NCBI GenBank assembly: GCA_008632985.1
Contig: QPGO01000058.1
Location: forward strand, 372,001-436,000
DNA: 64,000 nt
Reading direction: 5' to 3'
DNA from: Psammoneis japonica
Lineage: Eukaryota
Below are positions 38,559 through 50,899 of the stretch, piece by piece. Each line of letters starts with the position of its first letter. Within the stretch, counting starts at the first letter, position 1. Position numbers and translations under genes: made by a program. The notes beneath the pieces are model-generated. The model had not been told where the DNA came from. It did not search any database and saw only the letters and a program-made list of their open reading frames with translations.

Positions 38559-39974
38559 ATGACACCACTGATTTCATTGAGTAGCTTCTGTGTAAGACAT
38601 GCTGCCCAAAGTTGCGGTATGACGAGGGGATTGTTTCACACAACAACACCTCGACCGCTCGCTCGAACAAACAGCGTACGGCAATTTTCGTCTCAAAAGA
38701 AAAGGAGAAGAAGAGCTCTAAAAAATCAGGAATTAACCAAAAAGGATCGAATGAGGTTGCGCAAGAAACGACCAGAAAAGTCGTTTACGGGTATTTTTGT
38801 TTCCAGCGACAAGTTGGGAGATGTGTTGGAGAGCCGTGTGTTGCAGGCACGGAAAGCGCTTTATAATTTTTGGACCTTTGACGGGCAGTCATCGGGAGGA
38901 AGACCCGAACGAGTCGGACCCACCATGGATGGACGGTGGTGGTTCTGGAATATATGCTTGGCACTCATGCCTGCAACCATAATTGGGTTGTATTGTGAGT
39001 TTGTTGCTGAACCAGAAATGCAAGCCTTTTTCAAAGAGTTGAATGAGCAGGAGCAGCGAAGGTTAATGGCAGAAGACTTCTTAGAAGATGAAGGCAATAA
39101 TATGCAGCATCAACAAGATAATAGTCTTGACACTGTCGTGCAAACACAGGGCTTTGGACAGAAAACCGCAGAGGCAATTCGAGAGATTCGTTCCTTGTCG
39201 GCGGAAGCGGGAGGAAAGGCTGGAGCCGATGAACAAACTAAGGACCAAACAAATCTTGCTAAAGGAAGGTCTCAAGAGTCAAAACACGTAGTGAGTGATT
39301 CAGATGGGAACATGAACAAGTCACGCCCTGACCAAAAGGACGAAACAACCGTGAGCGAGAAAGAAATGTTGGTTGCCCTTCATCATCGCATCGATGCTCT
39401 GCAAGCAGAGCTGGAAAAGCAAAAACGTGTAGAAGACCGCCAAAAGAGATATCGATTGGAGCGTGCACAACAGAGCGGAATTCAGAATCGCATAGAAGAT
39501 AGAAAGATACAGGAGTGGCAAGACCAAAAAGAAAAGCAAGTTCAAACTACAACCGAAACCCAAGACAGCGACGACGACGGAACCCGTACAGAGAAAACGA
39601 AGGAGGCAGCTTGGTTGGGTCTACGAAAGCATTTGAATGATAGAATGGAAGCAGTAGAAAGGTATGGGATTGATATTATGGATAGAGCATGGGGGTTTGC
39701 AGGAGAAACGAAGGATGCGGCAGAGGCGCAAGAGGAAAACGGCTCCACCACATCTGATAGCGACAAGCCGAAAGAGGTTACAGAAGCGCCGCTTTATGAT
39801 CCTGGAGAGAAATCTATACGAAGAGAAGCAGAGGGCACTACTGTGGGAACATCAGAATCTGTGACTGAATCAAACGAAGCTGCTTCATCCAAACCATGGT
39901 GGAGATTCTTCCAACGCAAGGAGAAAAGAACTGACCGATCCGATGAAGATTGCCAAGTTGAGCCCTCGCACTAG
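38559..39974 (+). CDS. Hypothetical single-pass membrane protein with basic, presequence-like N-terminus and coiled coil
   Basis: Intact 471 aa ORF with an Arg/Ser-rich N-terminus, TM WWFWNICLALMPATIIGLYC and an acidic/coiled C-terminal part. Confidence 0.75.
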   Translation: MTPLISLSSFCVRHAAQSCGMTRGLFHTTTPRPLARTNSVRQFSSQKKRRRRALKNQELTKKDRMRLRKKRPEKSFTGIFVSSDKLGDVLESRVLQARKALYNFWTFDGQSSGGRPERVGPTMDGRWWFWNICLALMPATIIGLYCEFVAEPEMQAFFKELNEQEQRRLMAEDFLEDEGNNMQHQQDNSLDTVVQTQGFGQKTAEAIREIRSLSAEAGGKAGADEQTKDQTNLAKGRSQESKHVVSDSDGNMNKSRPDQKDETTVSEKEMLVALHHRIDALQAELEKQKRVEDRQKRYRLERAQQSGIQNRIEDRKIQEWQDQKEKQVQTTTETQDSDDDGTRTEKTKEAAWLGLRKHLNDRMEAVERYGIDIMDRAWGFAGETKDAAEAQEENGSTTSDSDKPKEVTEAPLYDPGEKSIRREAEGTTVGTSESVTESNEAASSKPWWRFFQRKEKRTDRSDEDCQVEPSH

Positions 39975-40369
39975 TTGCACTTTTTCTTTGTTCCATTCTT
40001 CCAACAGCTAGTCTTTACAATGCAGTAGGCGTTCGCGTTCGAGCCATACAAGGACGAGGTTGTGACCGATCTCAGACTACGCTTCTTTACGAGGCTAAGT
40101 AATACCGGTAGCGTTGTATTGCTTGTAGCAATTGTAGCTACGGTACTCTAGCTTTGCAGTCTGGGGGCCTTTTTGTCATAACCTTACGTCCGTTGAGAGT
40201 TGACAAGCGACACAACGATGATGAGAGACATACCGTACATAGATCATGAGATTTGACTAATTGAAAATGGTATTAGAGATAAGCCATTTCATGCTAAAGA
40301 AGAGAAGAAAACCCATTGCTGAATTCATCTGTAGTGCATGTTTTGCGAGGTCGTATTTTTGAAAAGGCA

Positions 40370-41789
40370 ATGAGAGAAAGTCAGAATGCATCTAGTCGAA
40401 GAATGATTGTGTGTCGGCGGCAATTGTTTATTTTCTAGGTGTATTGATTGCTTTGGGCAGTGTAGTAAATATCGTTGTGTTTCATTTGGTGCACAGAAAT
40501 GCCAGTTCTACGGACGAATTGCAAAGCATACCAGTAACAAAGACAGAGTCGGCGAATGTCACTGCGATTGATGTGAACGATTTTCCGAAATGGATTTCAG
40601 ATTACTTCAAATGGCATGTAGAAATGCGTCGCAAATTTCCTGGCAAGGACTCTTTACAAATCCGGACGCACCAAAATTATTAGTTCGTACATGTTTGGGA
40701 CTTTGCGGTGGACTCAACGACCGACTGGGTCAACTTCCCTGGGATCTGTACTTGGCCAACCAAACGAACAGGGTCTTTCTTATAAGTTGGTCACGACCAA
40801 GAGCTCTGGAGAACTTTCTCGTTCCCAATCAGGTGGATTGGTCAATACCAGAGGAAGTGGAAGGATGGGGCTTTAATGATATGCCCAAAGTTCGAGCACT
40901 CCCGAGCTTTTCGCTGATATGGAAGAGTCAAGACCATCTGGAGATTTAGCACGGTGCAAGTGGACAAGGCAATTCAACGCGCAAACTCTGGCGAGTACAA
41001 GGACGAAAAGATCCTGACACATCGTATCCTGGGGCACTTGCTTGAACCCAATCTTGAGTCGAGACTGGAGTCTTTGGGGGAAACGGACATGATTCATGAT
41101 ACTTTGGCGTTTGGTCGCATCTTCCGAGCACTTTTCAAGCCAAGTCCTGCTATTCAAGCTTGTTGGATCAAGTGTACGCTAATCTGAACATTGTCCCTGG
41201 TCACTACACCGCAGTGCACTGTCGAGTTCGGCATCCAAAAGCAAGACCCAGCGGCACTGCAACCACCATTGACAAGACGGGTCTGCCCTTTTTCGGAGAG
41301 AACAAAGATTTCGCAGTCGAAATTGCCACCCATGCTATTCAATGTGCCAGGACTCTCTCCCTTGATCAGAGTGAACCCGTTTACTTCTTTTCTGACTCGA
41401 TAGATCTAGTCAAGTACATGGCGCATGACTTGAAGGACCAAGATTTCTTGGGAAGAAACGCTTCCGTGATTCAACAAAATAAAGTGGATCAAGCTGCGGT
41501 GCGAGCAGTGACACGGGTGAACTTGGTGGCGAGAGAAACGTCGGGTGAAAATGTACACATCGACAAGCAAAAGGGACGACCACCTGAAGAATACTATGCA
41601 ACCTTTGTTGACTTGTATCTTGCCATGGGTGCTAGATGCATGACGTATGGCATCGGCTTTTACGCTGTTTTTGCGTCGAAGCTATCAGGAATTGAATGCA
41701 AAATGCTCTATCAGCAAGAGGTGTGGGGCGGTACATATGGTAAGCAGGATAAGGCAAAAGTGTGTACACCGGAACCTACAAAGATCTAG
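40370..41789 (+). CDS. Fucosyltransferase/NodZ-like GT-B glycosyltransferase, with 3-4 apparent frameshifts
   Basis: TM anchor, CLGLCGGLNDRL, YTAVHCRVRHP, VYFFSDS and TFVDLYLAMGARC, spread over ORFs 40411, 40590, 40954 and 41160. Confidence 0.65.
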
Positions 41790-41908
41790 TTGAAAGCTGA
41801 TAAAGATGGAAGGGAAACGGTAGAACAGAGCTTGTGGTCTTACGTCGGCGACGAGCAACTCTTCAAGCGAACATTGGGGCGTTAAGAAGCCTTTAAACTT
41901 AATATGCT

Positions 41909-43433
41909 TCAGCTTCCTTGCCTGGTTCTACTTGTTGGTTCCTCGTCGTTCAATAATATCTTGCGCCAAGGAGAAATTGCTGGCACCCCCACCAATAGTA
42001 GCTTCCAATGGAGCATTCACGGTACGACCTAATGTCAACGAGAGAAGATCGCCCATAAAGCCAATCAATGCGTGCGAAACTCTTCATGTACAGTATCTTC
42101 TGGTGGAGCTGCAGGATTAACGTTTGCCTCCAGAAGGTACACACGATCGTCTTCGGTGACCATTATATCCAACCCAGCAATGGCAAACTTATCCACACAA
42201 TCCAAATTTCCTCCGTCTTGTCTCGCACTCACGACAACTCTGCGTTTAATGTCAGGCACAAGGTGCTCGCCAAAGATCTTTGCGACAAACACTTCCACGT
42301 CTATGGCATAAAGGGAAATATCTGAGCTTTTTCTCGTACTGAGCGTGTAAAAACAAAAAAAAAAAGTCGCTACTTACTCTCTTGCATGTTTCTCGCGGTC
42401 AGTTCAGCGACATTGTGCAAAAGCACGCGGTCTGCTTCAACAGAGAGGGCACCATTGGTAATGTGAGCCTTTGGATCGCGCTCCGAACACTTGGGTCAGA
42501 CTCGTCCACAGGTTGGCTTGCCACACGAACTTCGTGTCGATTGTAAACATAGACATCCAACACGTCGGGGTGGCTCAATTTTTCAACCGCCACCACATAG
42601 GTACGAATATGGAACTTTCTACCTCCATTTATGAGTAACGGAGGATATACTTCTGCTTGTAACACTGCAGATTACACAGAAAGAAGAAAAGACTCTGTTA
42701 CCAAATCGTGTTTCTGCGTCTCAACAAGCGGCATTAAAAAAGAGACAGGCACACGTACCCCAAGAAGGGATTCGCCCCTTTTGTGCAATCATACTATCCA
42801 AGAAATCAGGACCTTCACCAACCGCACTCTTCCGATGTGATTCAATGATTTCATAGATTTCTTCGGCAGATGCTACAAAGTAAATGCCTTCTCCCCGGCT
42901 TCCCATGGGCTCCTTCAGCACAGCCACGTCTGAAGGGTTTTCCGACAAGTGAGGGAGTTTCTCGCCCACCAGATTCTTACATTCTTCTCTTCTAACATCC
43001 CAGCTGATTAACTTACAAGGAGGCGAGAGATTCAAGTGCTCACAACGACACCTCTGAAGCGTACGGACGAGTTCATCCTTGTCTTCCAATCCGTCAAATG
43101 CCGATGATGTGCCGTGCACTGCGTAACTTAACTTTGAAGAATCTTTCGACATGACGTCTACACGGAGTGTACATGGCTTTGGTCCCAACTTCTTGATAGA
43201 GACCTCCGAGACGGTGTGGTTGGAGTGTTTGCAATTGCTTGAGCCTTGGCCATTTGAGTCGACGTGAGTTCAGACGGATTGGTGATTTCTTTTGTTGATA
43301 AAACTCCAGGAGACGAAGACTGGAAGACCTGACGAATCACCCAAGCCCATGGAGAGCGAATTGTATATTCAAGCTCCACATCTGACTCAGGAGAAGGAGG
43401 AGGAGGAGAGTCATCAACGATACCGTTCGCCAT
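41909..43433 (-). CDS. Tubulin-tyrosine ligase family (ATP-grasp) protein, with two probable introns and several apparent frameshifts
   Basis: VLKEPMGSRGEGI, LQAEVYPPLLINGGRKFHIRTYVV, AHITN and FAIAGLDIMVTEDDRVYLLEANVNP. Probable introns near 42667-42758 and 42324-42375. Confidence 0.8.
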
Positions 43434-44449
43434 GGTCGTGGTAAAAACGAGAATCCAAAACTGCTGGCGGCTGGCGGCAAAAGGCATCGGCGGCTGGTCC
43501 TCTCGCTCGCTCGCTCGGCTGTTTGCCGCGTACGGAATGACCAGTACACATTCTACGTAGAAAGAAACTCCGACAGCAGGACCACGAATGTCCGCTAAAC
43601 GTGACCTGAGTTAACGAATCGTGTGGGTGGACAGTGGACAGGCCAAAATGGGCCACAATGACGACTAACCACTGCGGTAGCGACGCACTGACACGGACTT
43701 CGTTTGACGCCCTTGACTTGACAATGTCGGGGATCTCATGCTGACATCGGCGACATGGAAGCGGGGATGTGTGAGCTTCTTCAACATGAAGAAGATCATC
43801 ATGAGCATTTTGATTGTGTTGTCTTGGTGCTCCTGGTCAAGAAAATTGCAAAGGAGGTGCTGTCTCGCCAGACAAAGTTTCCTCGCTTCTCAACATTGAG
43901 CGGAGAGCCTCCTTGGCTTCAGAAGAATTGCAAACACATCAAATCTAGAAGAGTGCAAACCATTCAACTCAGAACCATTTCCTTGGTTTAAGAGCAGATG
44001 AAATTGACTCACAAGCGGAGTGAGGTGGTGTGCTGCAGTGCCGCTCGTCTGAAAAAGGAAAACCTGTGGCTGGCAGGGGGCTTGCAATGAAGCTTCAATT
44101 GCTGCTCCAATTTTGAATCCTCCCTGATTTAAAGAACAGACAGTGGGCATGTTTGATGTGGCAGCAACAAGAATGTGATGCGCTGTTCTTTAAAGTGCAC
44201 AGCAACAACACAGAAAAAGAATCGAGTGGTGGTTTGTTGAGTGTGTGCAAAAACATCATTCGTGAGACACACCACCCTTTGCAAACAGTGGCAGTTTGAA
44301 AGAAGCAGGGTCCAGCTGTCTTCAGGACATGACAAAAGTGCTTTGAAGTCAAGAGCAAAACACAACACGCGGGTCCATTTGACAAACTTCCTCTGCCAGA
44401 AAAAAAAACAGATGGATCGAAGCACGAAAAAAATGCTGAGATGTGTTCA

Positions 44450-44930
44450 GCCATTGTGCTGTCCAAGTTTCTTCCCAAACCATGAGCCTGAACTGCCAAC
44501 CATGTCATCAGATTCAAGATTTCCCTGGTTGCAGTCAGGGCTCTTGGGGCATGTGTTCTTGCAGTGCTTGACACTGGCTCCCATGAGTTTTCCTCCATGC
44601 GGGTGGCACTTGGGCTGTTTGAACAATGTGATGCACTTGCCATTCTTCCAGCAACAGGCACTGGGCTTGGAGGCACAGGTCTTCTTCTCACACTCAGTGT
44701 CAAATCCAACAAACTTTCCATGCTTCTTTTTCACACAAGCGGTCTTCTTCAACATGGAGCTGTTTCCATTTTTGCAAGCAGCAAGCAAAACAGGCACCAG
44801 GCATGGCACATTTTCTTGCTGCACATGACACCTTCACCACCAATCTGCCCACCCTGCATTGCAATGACAAGACGCCGACACCCCAAAGAGGCCATGCAAT
44901 CCACACCCAAGAGGCCACACCATCCATGCC
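44450..44930 (-). pseudogene. Second degraded GACC-repeat Cys-rich coding segment
   Basis: GKFVGFDTECEKKTCASKPSACCWKNGKC...GGKLMGASVKHCKNTCP, the same repeat type as 34040-34560. Confidence 0.6.
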
Positions 44931-45376
44931 ATCCATGCCCAAGTCTAAAAAAGATGCACAAGAGTCCAGGTTGTCCCATTGTGTTGCTGCAGCACAGCCA
45001 GAAAACAAGAAACGACATGAACGTTTCTCCTGTGCTTTGTCTGCCCGATTGGCTTGATCGACATGGGGCCGAAAACACGGCAGAAGATGTTGCCTCTTTT
45101 GTGTCAAAAAGCAAATCCAACCACATTGCATGTGAGATGTGTCCTGAGTCGGCACCAAAACTTGTTCCGCTGCCGCAACCAAGCCATTCTGCCACCGACT
45201 CAGAACGGATCGCCACTCAGGTGGGTTTCGGCACAGTTTCGGCACATTCGGCATTCCATGGGAACAGAATGGAGCACCGCCACCAACCACTGGACACAAT
45301 GATTCAGTGCCAGATGATGCAGCACCCCACGCTGTGCAAAGACACATGGTTCCCATTTTTCTGTTGATTCATCCTC

Positions 45377-45940
45377 TGTGGGAGGTGCTGGAGCGTGGCA
45401 ACATGGAGCGTGAGAGACAGCGCGATCGCACTTTTTTGATGTTGTGGGAACACGACAGCCATGGAAACATTATGACCTGTTGCAACAAGTGCAGCAGGAA
45501 CAGTGTAGGGTGTGGCAGTTGTCTGAATGGTGCTGATGGCATTGCATCCATTGTGGTGACTGTGGGAGGCGCTGCAGCGTGGCGAAATAGAGCGTGAGAG
45601 AGTGACATCGCACTTTTGACATTGTGGGAACACGACAGCCATAGAAACGTCATTGCCTGCAGCAACACGCATGGCAGGAACAGCATGGGGTCTGAATGGT
45701 GCTGACTGCATTGCATTCACTGTGGCACCTGTTAGAGGCGCTGGAGCGTGGCAAAACAGAGCGCGAGACAGCGCGATCGCACTTTTGACATTTTGGGAAC
45801 ACGATGGCCACAGAAACATTGTCACCTGCAGCAACACGCACAACAGGAACAGCACAGGGTTCGGCAGTTGCCTGAATGGCGCTGACGGCATTGGATTCAT
45901 TGTGGCAACTGTGGGAGGCGCTGGAGCGTGCCAGAGACAG
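45377..45940. repeat. Tandem repeat, 3 full units plus a partial one (starts 45377, 45561, 45730, 45910)
   Basis: Units of 184, 169 and 180 bp beginning tgtgggagg.gctggagcgtgg. Reads as a ~60 aa repeat on the minus strand. Confidence 0.92.
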
Positions 45941-48502
45941 CTTGAGTTGCAGCAAACAATTTTGTCGGTGGCTGGTTGAGGAGAGGCAAAGCACCTTCAT
46001 CATCTCTTGAACCAGGCGCACCAGGAACAGCGCAGGGCATGGCAGTCACGGGAAAGGCAACCACGGTGTTTTCATTCACAACAGAAGCTGCGGCAGGCAC
46101 TGGAGCGTGAGAAACAAAGTGTCAATGAACAAGCTCTAATTTTGGCAGTTGTGGGCATGCGACGGCCACACAAACAACATTGCCTGTTGTGCCAGAGGAA
46201 TTGGCAAATGAACAAAGTGGTGACGCATCAGGGGAAGGTGATGGAGACGAACATTTTGAAACCATCATGGTCGACTTGTGTTGTTTTATTGGTGTTGACA
46301 GCGACTTGTCTTGACGCGTGCTTTTTTGTTGGTTTCGCGGTGCTCGCGAACACTGCTAGCTAGAGTGGCACGCGCATTCAAGCAAAGGCAAGTCTTGTAT
46401 GTTGCATGATGCGGTTCACATTTTTATCCAAATCTGCAAAGGTTGGGCAATGACAATGTCGTTTGCAATCTTCAGGACATCATAAATCTGAACACACAAT
46501 GCATTGAGACTGCGTCTGGCCGTGGGGAGTGGGGGGTGGGGAGGAGGGGCGGTCGGGAAAATCCGAGAACCTGATGGCCGACAGACGTGGTGAGCACGTG
46601 GTGAGCACAACACCGTGGTGAGCAATTAGCAGCTCTCCACTGGACAAACCAAACCTTCTGCCTAATGTTGCTTCACCCCTGAAAAACATGGTGGGCAAAC
46701 AAATGCATCTCATTGTTGGAAGAACATTGATGAATCACAGGGGAGCATCAAATGACATGATGTGCAAATTGCGGTCATCAAGCGGGGCATCTTGGTCAAA
46801 ACTGGAACACTTGGCAGGCTTGCAAACTTCTGCTGAGCCACAGGGATCCCTCCCTTGATCACAAAATGCAAGGTCATTGTCAGCAATTGTGGACAGGGGG
46901 GGGGGGGGGGGGGCAGTGTGGAGGAACAAGACAGTGGAGTTGAAGGTGACCACATGCAGCGCAAGAGCAAACCACTGGAGAAAACAACATGTTGCCAACA
47001 AGCACCTGGAAAGCTCACCAGACAAACAGAACACACCAATCTGGAGTGAGTGAATGTCAGAAGAAGGTGGATGCTTGGCATGTGAGCATCCAGCAATGTG
47101 CAAATCTTGGTCACCCAACAGTTCACCATTGGAAGAGTTGGGGCACTTGCCAATCTTGTGCGCACTTCCTCTGCACCATGTTGCTCCCTCCCCTGACCAG
47201 GAATCAAAGGATTGCTGTTTGTCAGAGATGGTGGGCAGGTCTGGAGCACCATGAAAAGTGCAGTTAGACATGACAATGTTCCTGGCATTGGAGGAAAGAG
47301 ACTGGACAGCAGAAAGGAGTGAGACTTGGCGGCCCTTGTTCACAGCTGCCCTGCTCCTGTTGGTCTTGTTTGAACAACAGGAGAAGTGGCAGCATTGAAG
47401 ATCTGAGGTCAATGACAGCCAAGCTAAAAATCCAAAGTCAATGGGAGTTGACAACCAAGGCAACATCATTGCAGGGGCCGCAGGTGGCACAGGCACAATC
47501 TTGGGAAGAGAGGGCAGTTCATTGGTCTTGCAAATGATGCCACCATTGCATGAAACAACACAGTGGCCAGGAACAAAATGCTCCGTGGGCTGCAGCAAGA
47601 TGTCCTTGTTGACATCATGGGGAAGTTCCACCAGCTTGGCAGGCAATGCCAGGGAACCAGTGCCAGCAATTGTGGGCGGCATGCCCACAGGCACCACAAT
47701 GGACATGGCAGACTTGGCATTTGTTGGAATGGCACTCGCAAGAGCTGTGACAAAATTGTCCATGCCAGTTGAAGAAGGGCTCCTGTCCAAAGACGGCAAA
47801 GGCTGAGGGGGATGCTGTTCCAGCCGCAATGATCACACCCCACATCTGGATCAAAGCACACATGCAAAGCACCAATCACAACAAATTGCCGTTGCATCTT
47901 GCATCTTGAGGGTCTTCTGGATTGCTGCCTGAAAACTCTGGTGGGGAGTGAGACAAGTCTTGTGGAATTCCCCTGACACAACCACTTGCAAATTGGCTTT
48001 GTCGACAATCAATTTAAATGAAGAGACATCACAGGGGTGCATGACAAAAGGCAGGAAACCACATTGCATGACACAATTGTGGAAAAGCCAAACAAAAAAG
48101 CTCCTGGGTTCTGCATTGTGACTTGCATCTTGATCTGCAAAGAAACAGCCAAGATCAACAATTGGCTGAACCTGCATGATGCAAATTTAGGTGCCTTTGG
48201 ACAAAGGTGGGCTCAGCATTGTGATCACAAAAAACAAACTGAGCCTTGGCAAGAACACCCACGTGGGCATTCACAATGTCATCTGGCACCAAGCCAATGC
48301 TTTGGTGGGTGTCAGATGGCAGAGCACCCCATTGGCGAACATTGTGAGGTAAATTGGCCTGAAGGCAAAATGACCCTTGGACACAACAGGCACAAGGGAT
48401 TCTCCACAACACCCACCAGGCATCACATGTGGCATTGGAGGGCTTGTGATGCATCCTCACACAAGTCCACGACAAGATCAGACATGAAAATTGACAGAGG
48501 AG

Positions 48503-48563
48503 TTTCTCATCCAACAATGGTGGAGACAAAACTTTTCTCATCCAACAATGGTGGAGACAAAAC
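48503..48563. repeat. Perfect tandem duplication with 31 bp period
   Basis: tttctcatccaacaatggtggagacaaaac occurs twice. Confidence 0.95.
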
Positions 48564-50899
48564 CATGCCATTTTAGATGAGAGTTGAAGCACATGTGCTC
48601 TGTGTCAACTGCAACTTGTGCTGTTGTCTCATGGCATGAAGAGGAAGCATTGGATCTTCTGCTCAAGCATCTGTCTGGAGAGGTGAGATGTGGAGTTGTC
48701 AACCCTTGAAACCTTCACGTTGAGAGCACAGCTTGCCCAAAGATTGGCGCAACAGCTGCTGCATCCTTGGGGTTTCTCATGCAAGGCATGATGAACTCAT
48801 GAAAAATGTGGTCCCACACAAGCTTGTGAACACCATCCTTGGCTTGGGTGCATTTGCAAAAAGTGATCCACCAGGTCAACAATCATGTTGCCACAAGCAA
48901 AATTCAGGAACTTTGTGCACTCGCAATCCATCATGGAGCAAGTGCACAAAAAATTGGTCATGCATGCACAGAAGTGCAGCATTGTCCTGCGGCCATGGTG
49001 CCAAGAAAAAAAGTTCCAGGATCAAAAATGCAGCAGGCCCATTTGGCTCAGAAACCAAAGCTCTGCAGTGAGCCTGGCATTGAAAACATGCATGTAAATT
49101 CAACACTGTCTCGTGCAGAGTTGCATTTCCATCACAACCAGACACACAGAAAGGCTCATGAGGCATGTGAGAGATTTGTCAAAATGAGTCTCAAACTCAA
49201 CAATCACAACACACTCATGGCACTGTCTTCTTTGGGCTGTGGCAATTCTCTCTGGCAAGTGCCATTGCTGCAAGTGCTGCCCAGGCTCCATGGCATCATT
49301 TTTCATTCCAAGGCATGCACTTCATAGAAATTGTGATGGCCAAAAAATGACATGCCATGTTTGTGAGCTGACCAACATCCCAAAAACATGCAAATCAACA
49401 TTGTCTTGAGTTTGTCAACATCTTACAAAATTTTCTTGCAAAGCTTGTTGAGTGGGAGCAAGTAAAAGGCTCCTCAATGGGAGTGCTTCAGCAGTGCAAA
49501 TGCTGTGAAAAAACTCTAAAATCACAGAGCCAATGGTCAACCATGCAAGATGATCAACCCACCTTTTGAGCTTTGACAAGGAACAAACAACATTTTCAGC
49601 AAGCACACAAATGGCGCAACATGAGAAAACACAGAAAGAGCTTGCCACAGCAATGATGTTGACCACTCAGATGTTGCCCACACTCAGCAATCAAGTCATG
49701 AGTTGAGGCATGCAACCACTTGTGCCATGTGTTGCAACTGGCCAAAGCCCCCCCCAAGAAACCAAACCAATGCACCAACCGTTTTGTGGGACTGCGCCAA
49801 TGACAGAAAAAGAGCTCCCATGAAAAATGCATTGTCATCATGATGTGTGCCATGGTGAGATGTGTCAAAGTGTGTCATGCCATGCTCCATGCAAAATCAG
49901 GACCAGTTGAGTCCAGTTGAGTGCACTCACCTCTTGTGCTTCACTGCAATGAAAACTTGGTCATGGACATCAGGGCCAGTTGAGTCCTCAGGCAGCATGG
50001 TGTGTCAGGCAAGTGCAGTGTGCTGATCAACTGTGTGCATCTGAGGCATGTTGACAGCAGCCAACTTTCTTTCAGGATTGTGGCACAGACCCCACAACCC
50101 ACACATCATTGGAAAGCCAGCAACAAGCTGAACAAGGTCCAGCACATGTGACATTGGTCAGAGTGTGCATGGAAAGTGAGTGTGTGTCATTGACAATTGG
50201 TCAGCTCCACAAGCAAGAATGACTGTTTTGGGCAGCTTCTCTTGGCTGTTTTGTTTTTGTGTTCTGCTCAGATGTTTGTCACACATTGAACACAACATTT
50301 GAGCTGGAGTTCCAAAAGTTCATCCAGATTTGTGCACCACACAAAATTGCTTCTTGAGGAACCCAAAGTTTCATGACTTTGCTCTTGCTCCACAGCTCCC
50401 ACAACTGACACAATTGAGAAAAAGCTTCCGTCACTCACTTTAACTGAGTGTTTTCCAGCAAGTGGCAAAAGCCAATTTTTGACAAGTCTTCTCAGCATTT
50501 AGATTTTTGACATGAAAAAAAGTCATTGCCATTGACAAACCTCCAGCAGTCGCAACACACAGGCAAGACCTGAGTGTTTTGTTGATGAGCTGGTGACAGA
50601 CAATTGGTGTTTGGCACTTAGAAAGGCATGTCTTTTTGGCATTTGTGGGCAATGCAATGCCTGTGTCAGGTGTGCACAATTTCATTGACAAGCTGGTGAC
50701 AGACACTTTCACATTTGACATTTAAAGACATGTCAGGACAGGCAACATTGGGGTGCTTTTTTTTTTTCAGCAAGCTGAGTGTCCAATTTGCAACTGTGCA
50801 AAATGTTGTGAACCACAGGACTGTCACAAACCAATGAAGCAACACACTCCAAGGTTCAGTGGGAATCTTTTGAAAAACACCCATGACATGAAATGCATT

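Noticed and set aside
45377..45940. CRISPR-like array (also 13040-13860 and 48503-48563)
   Set aside because: These are whole-unit tandem repeats without unique spacers, in a eukaryotic context with no cas genes.
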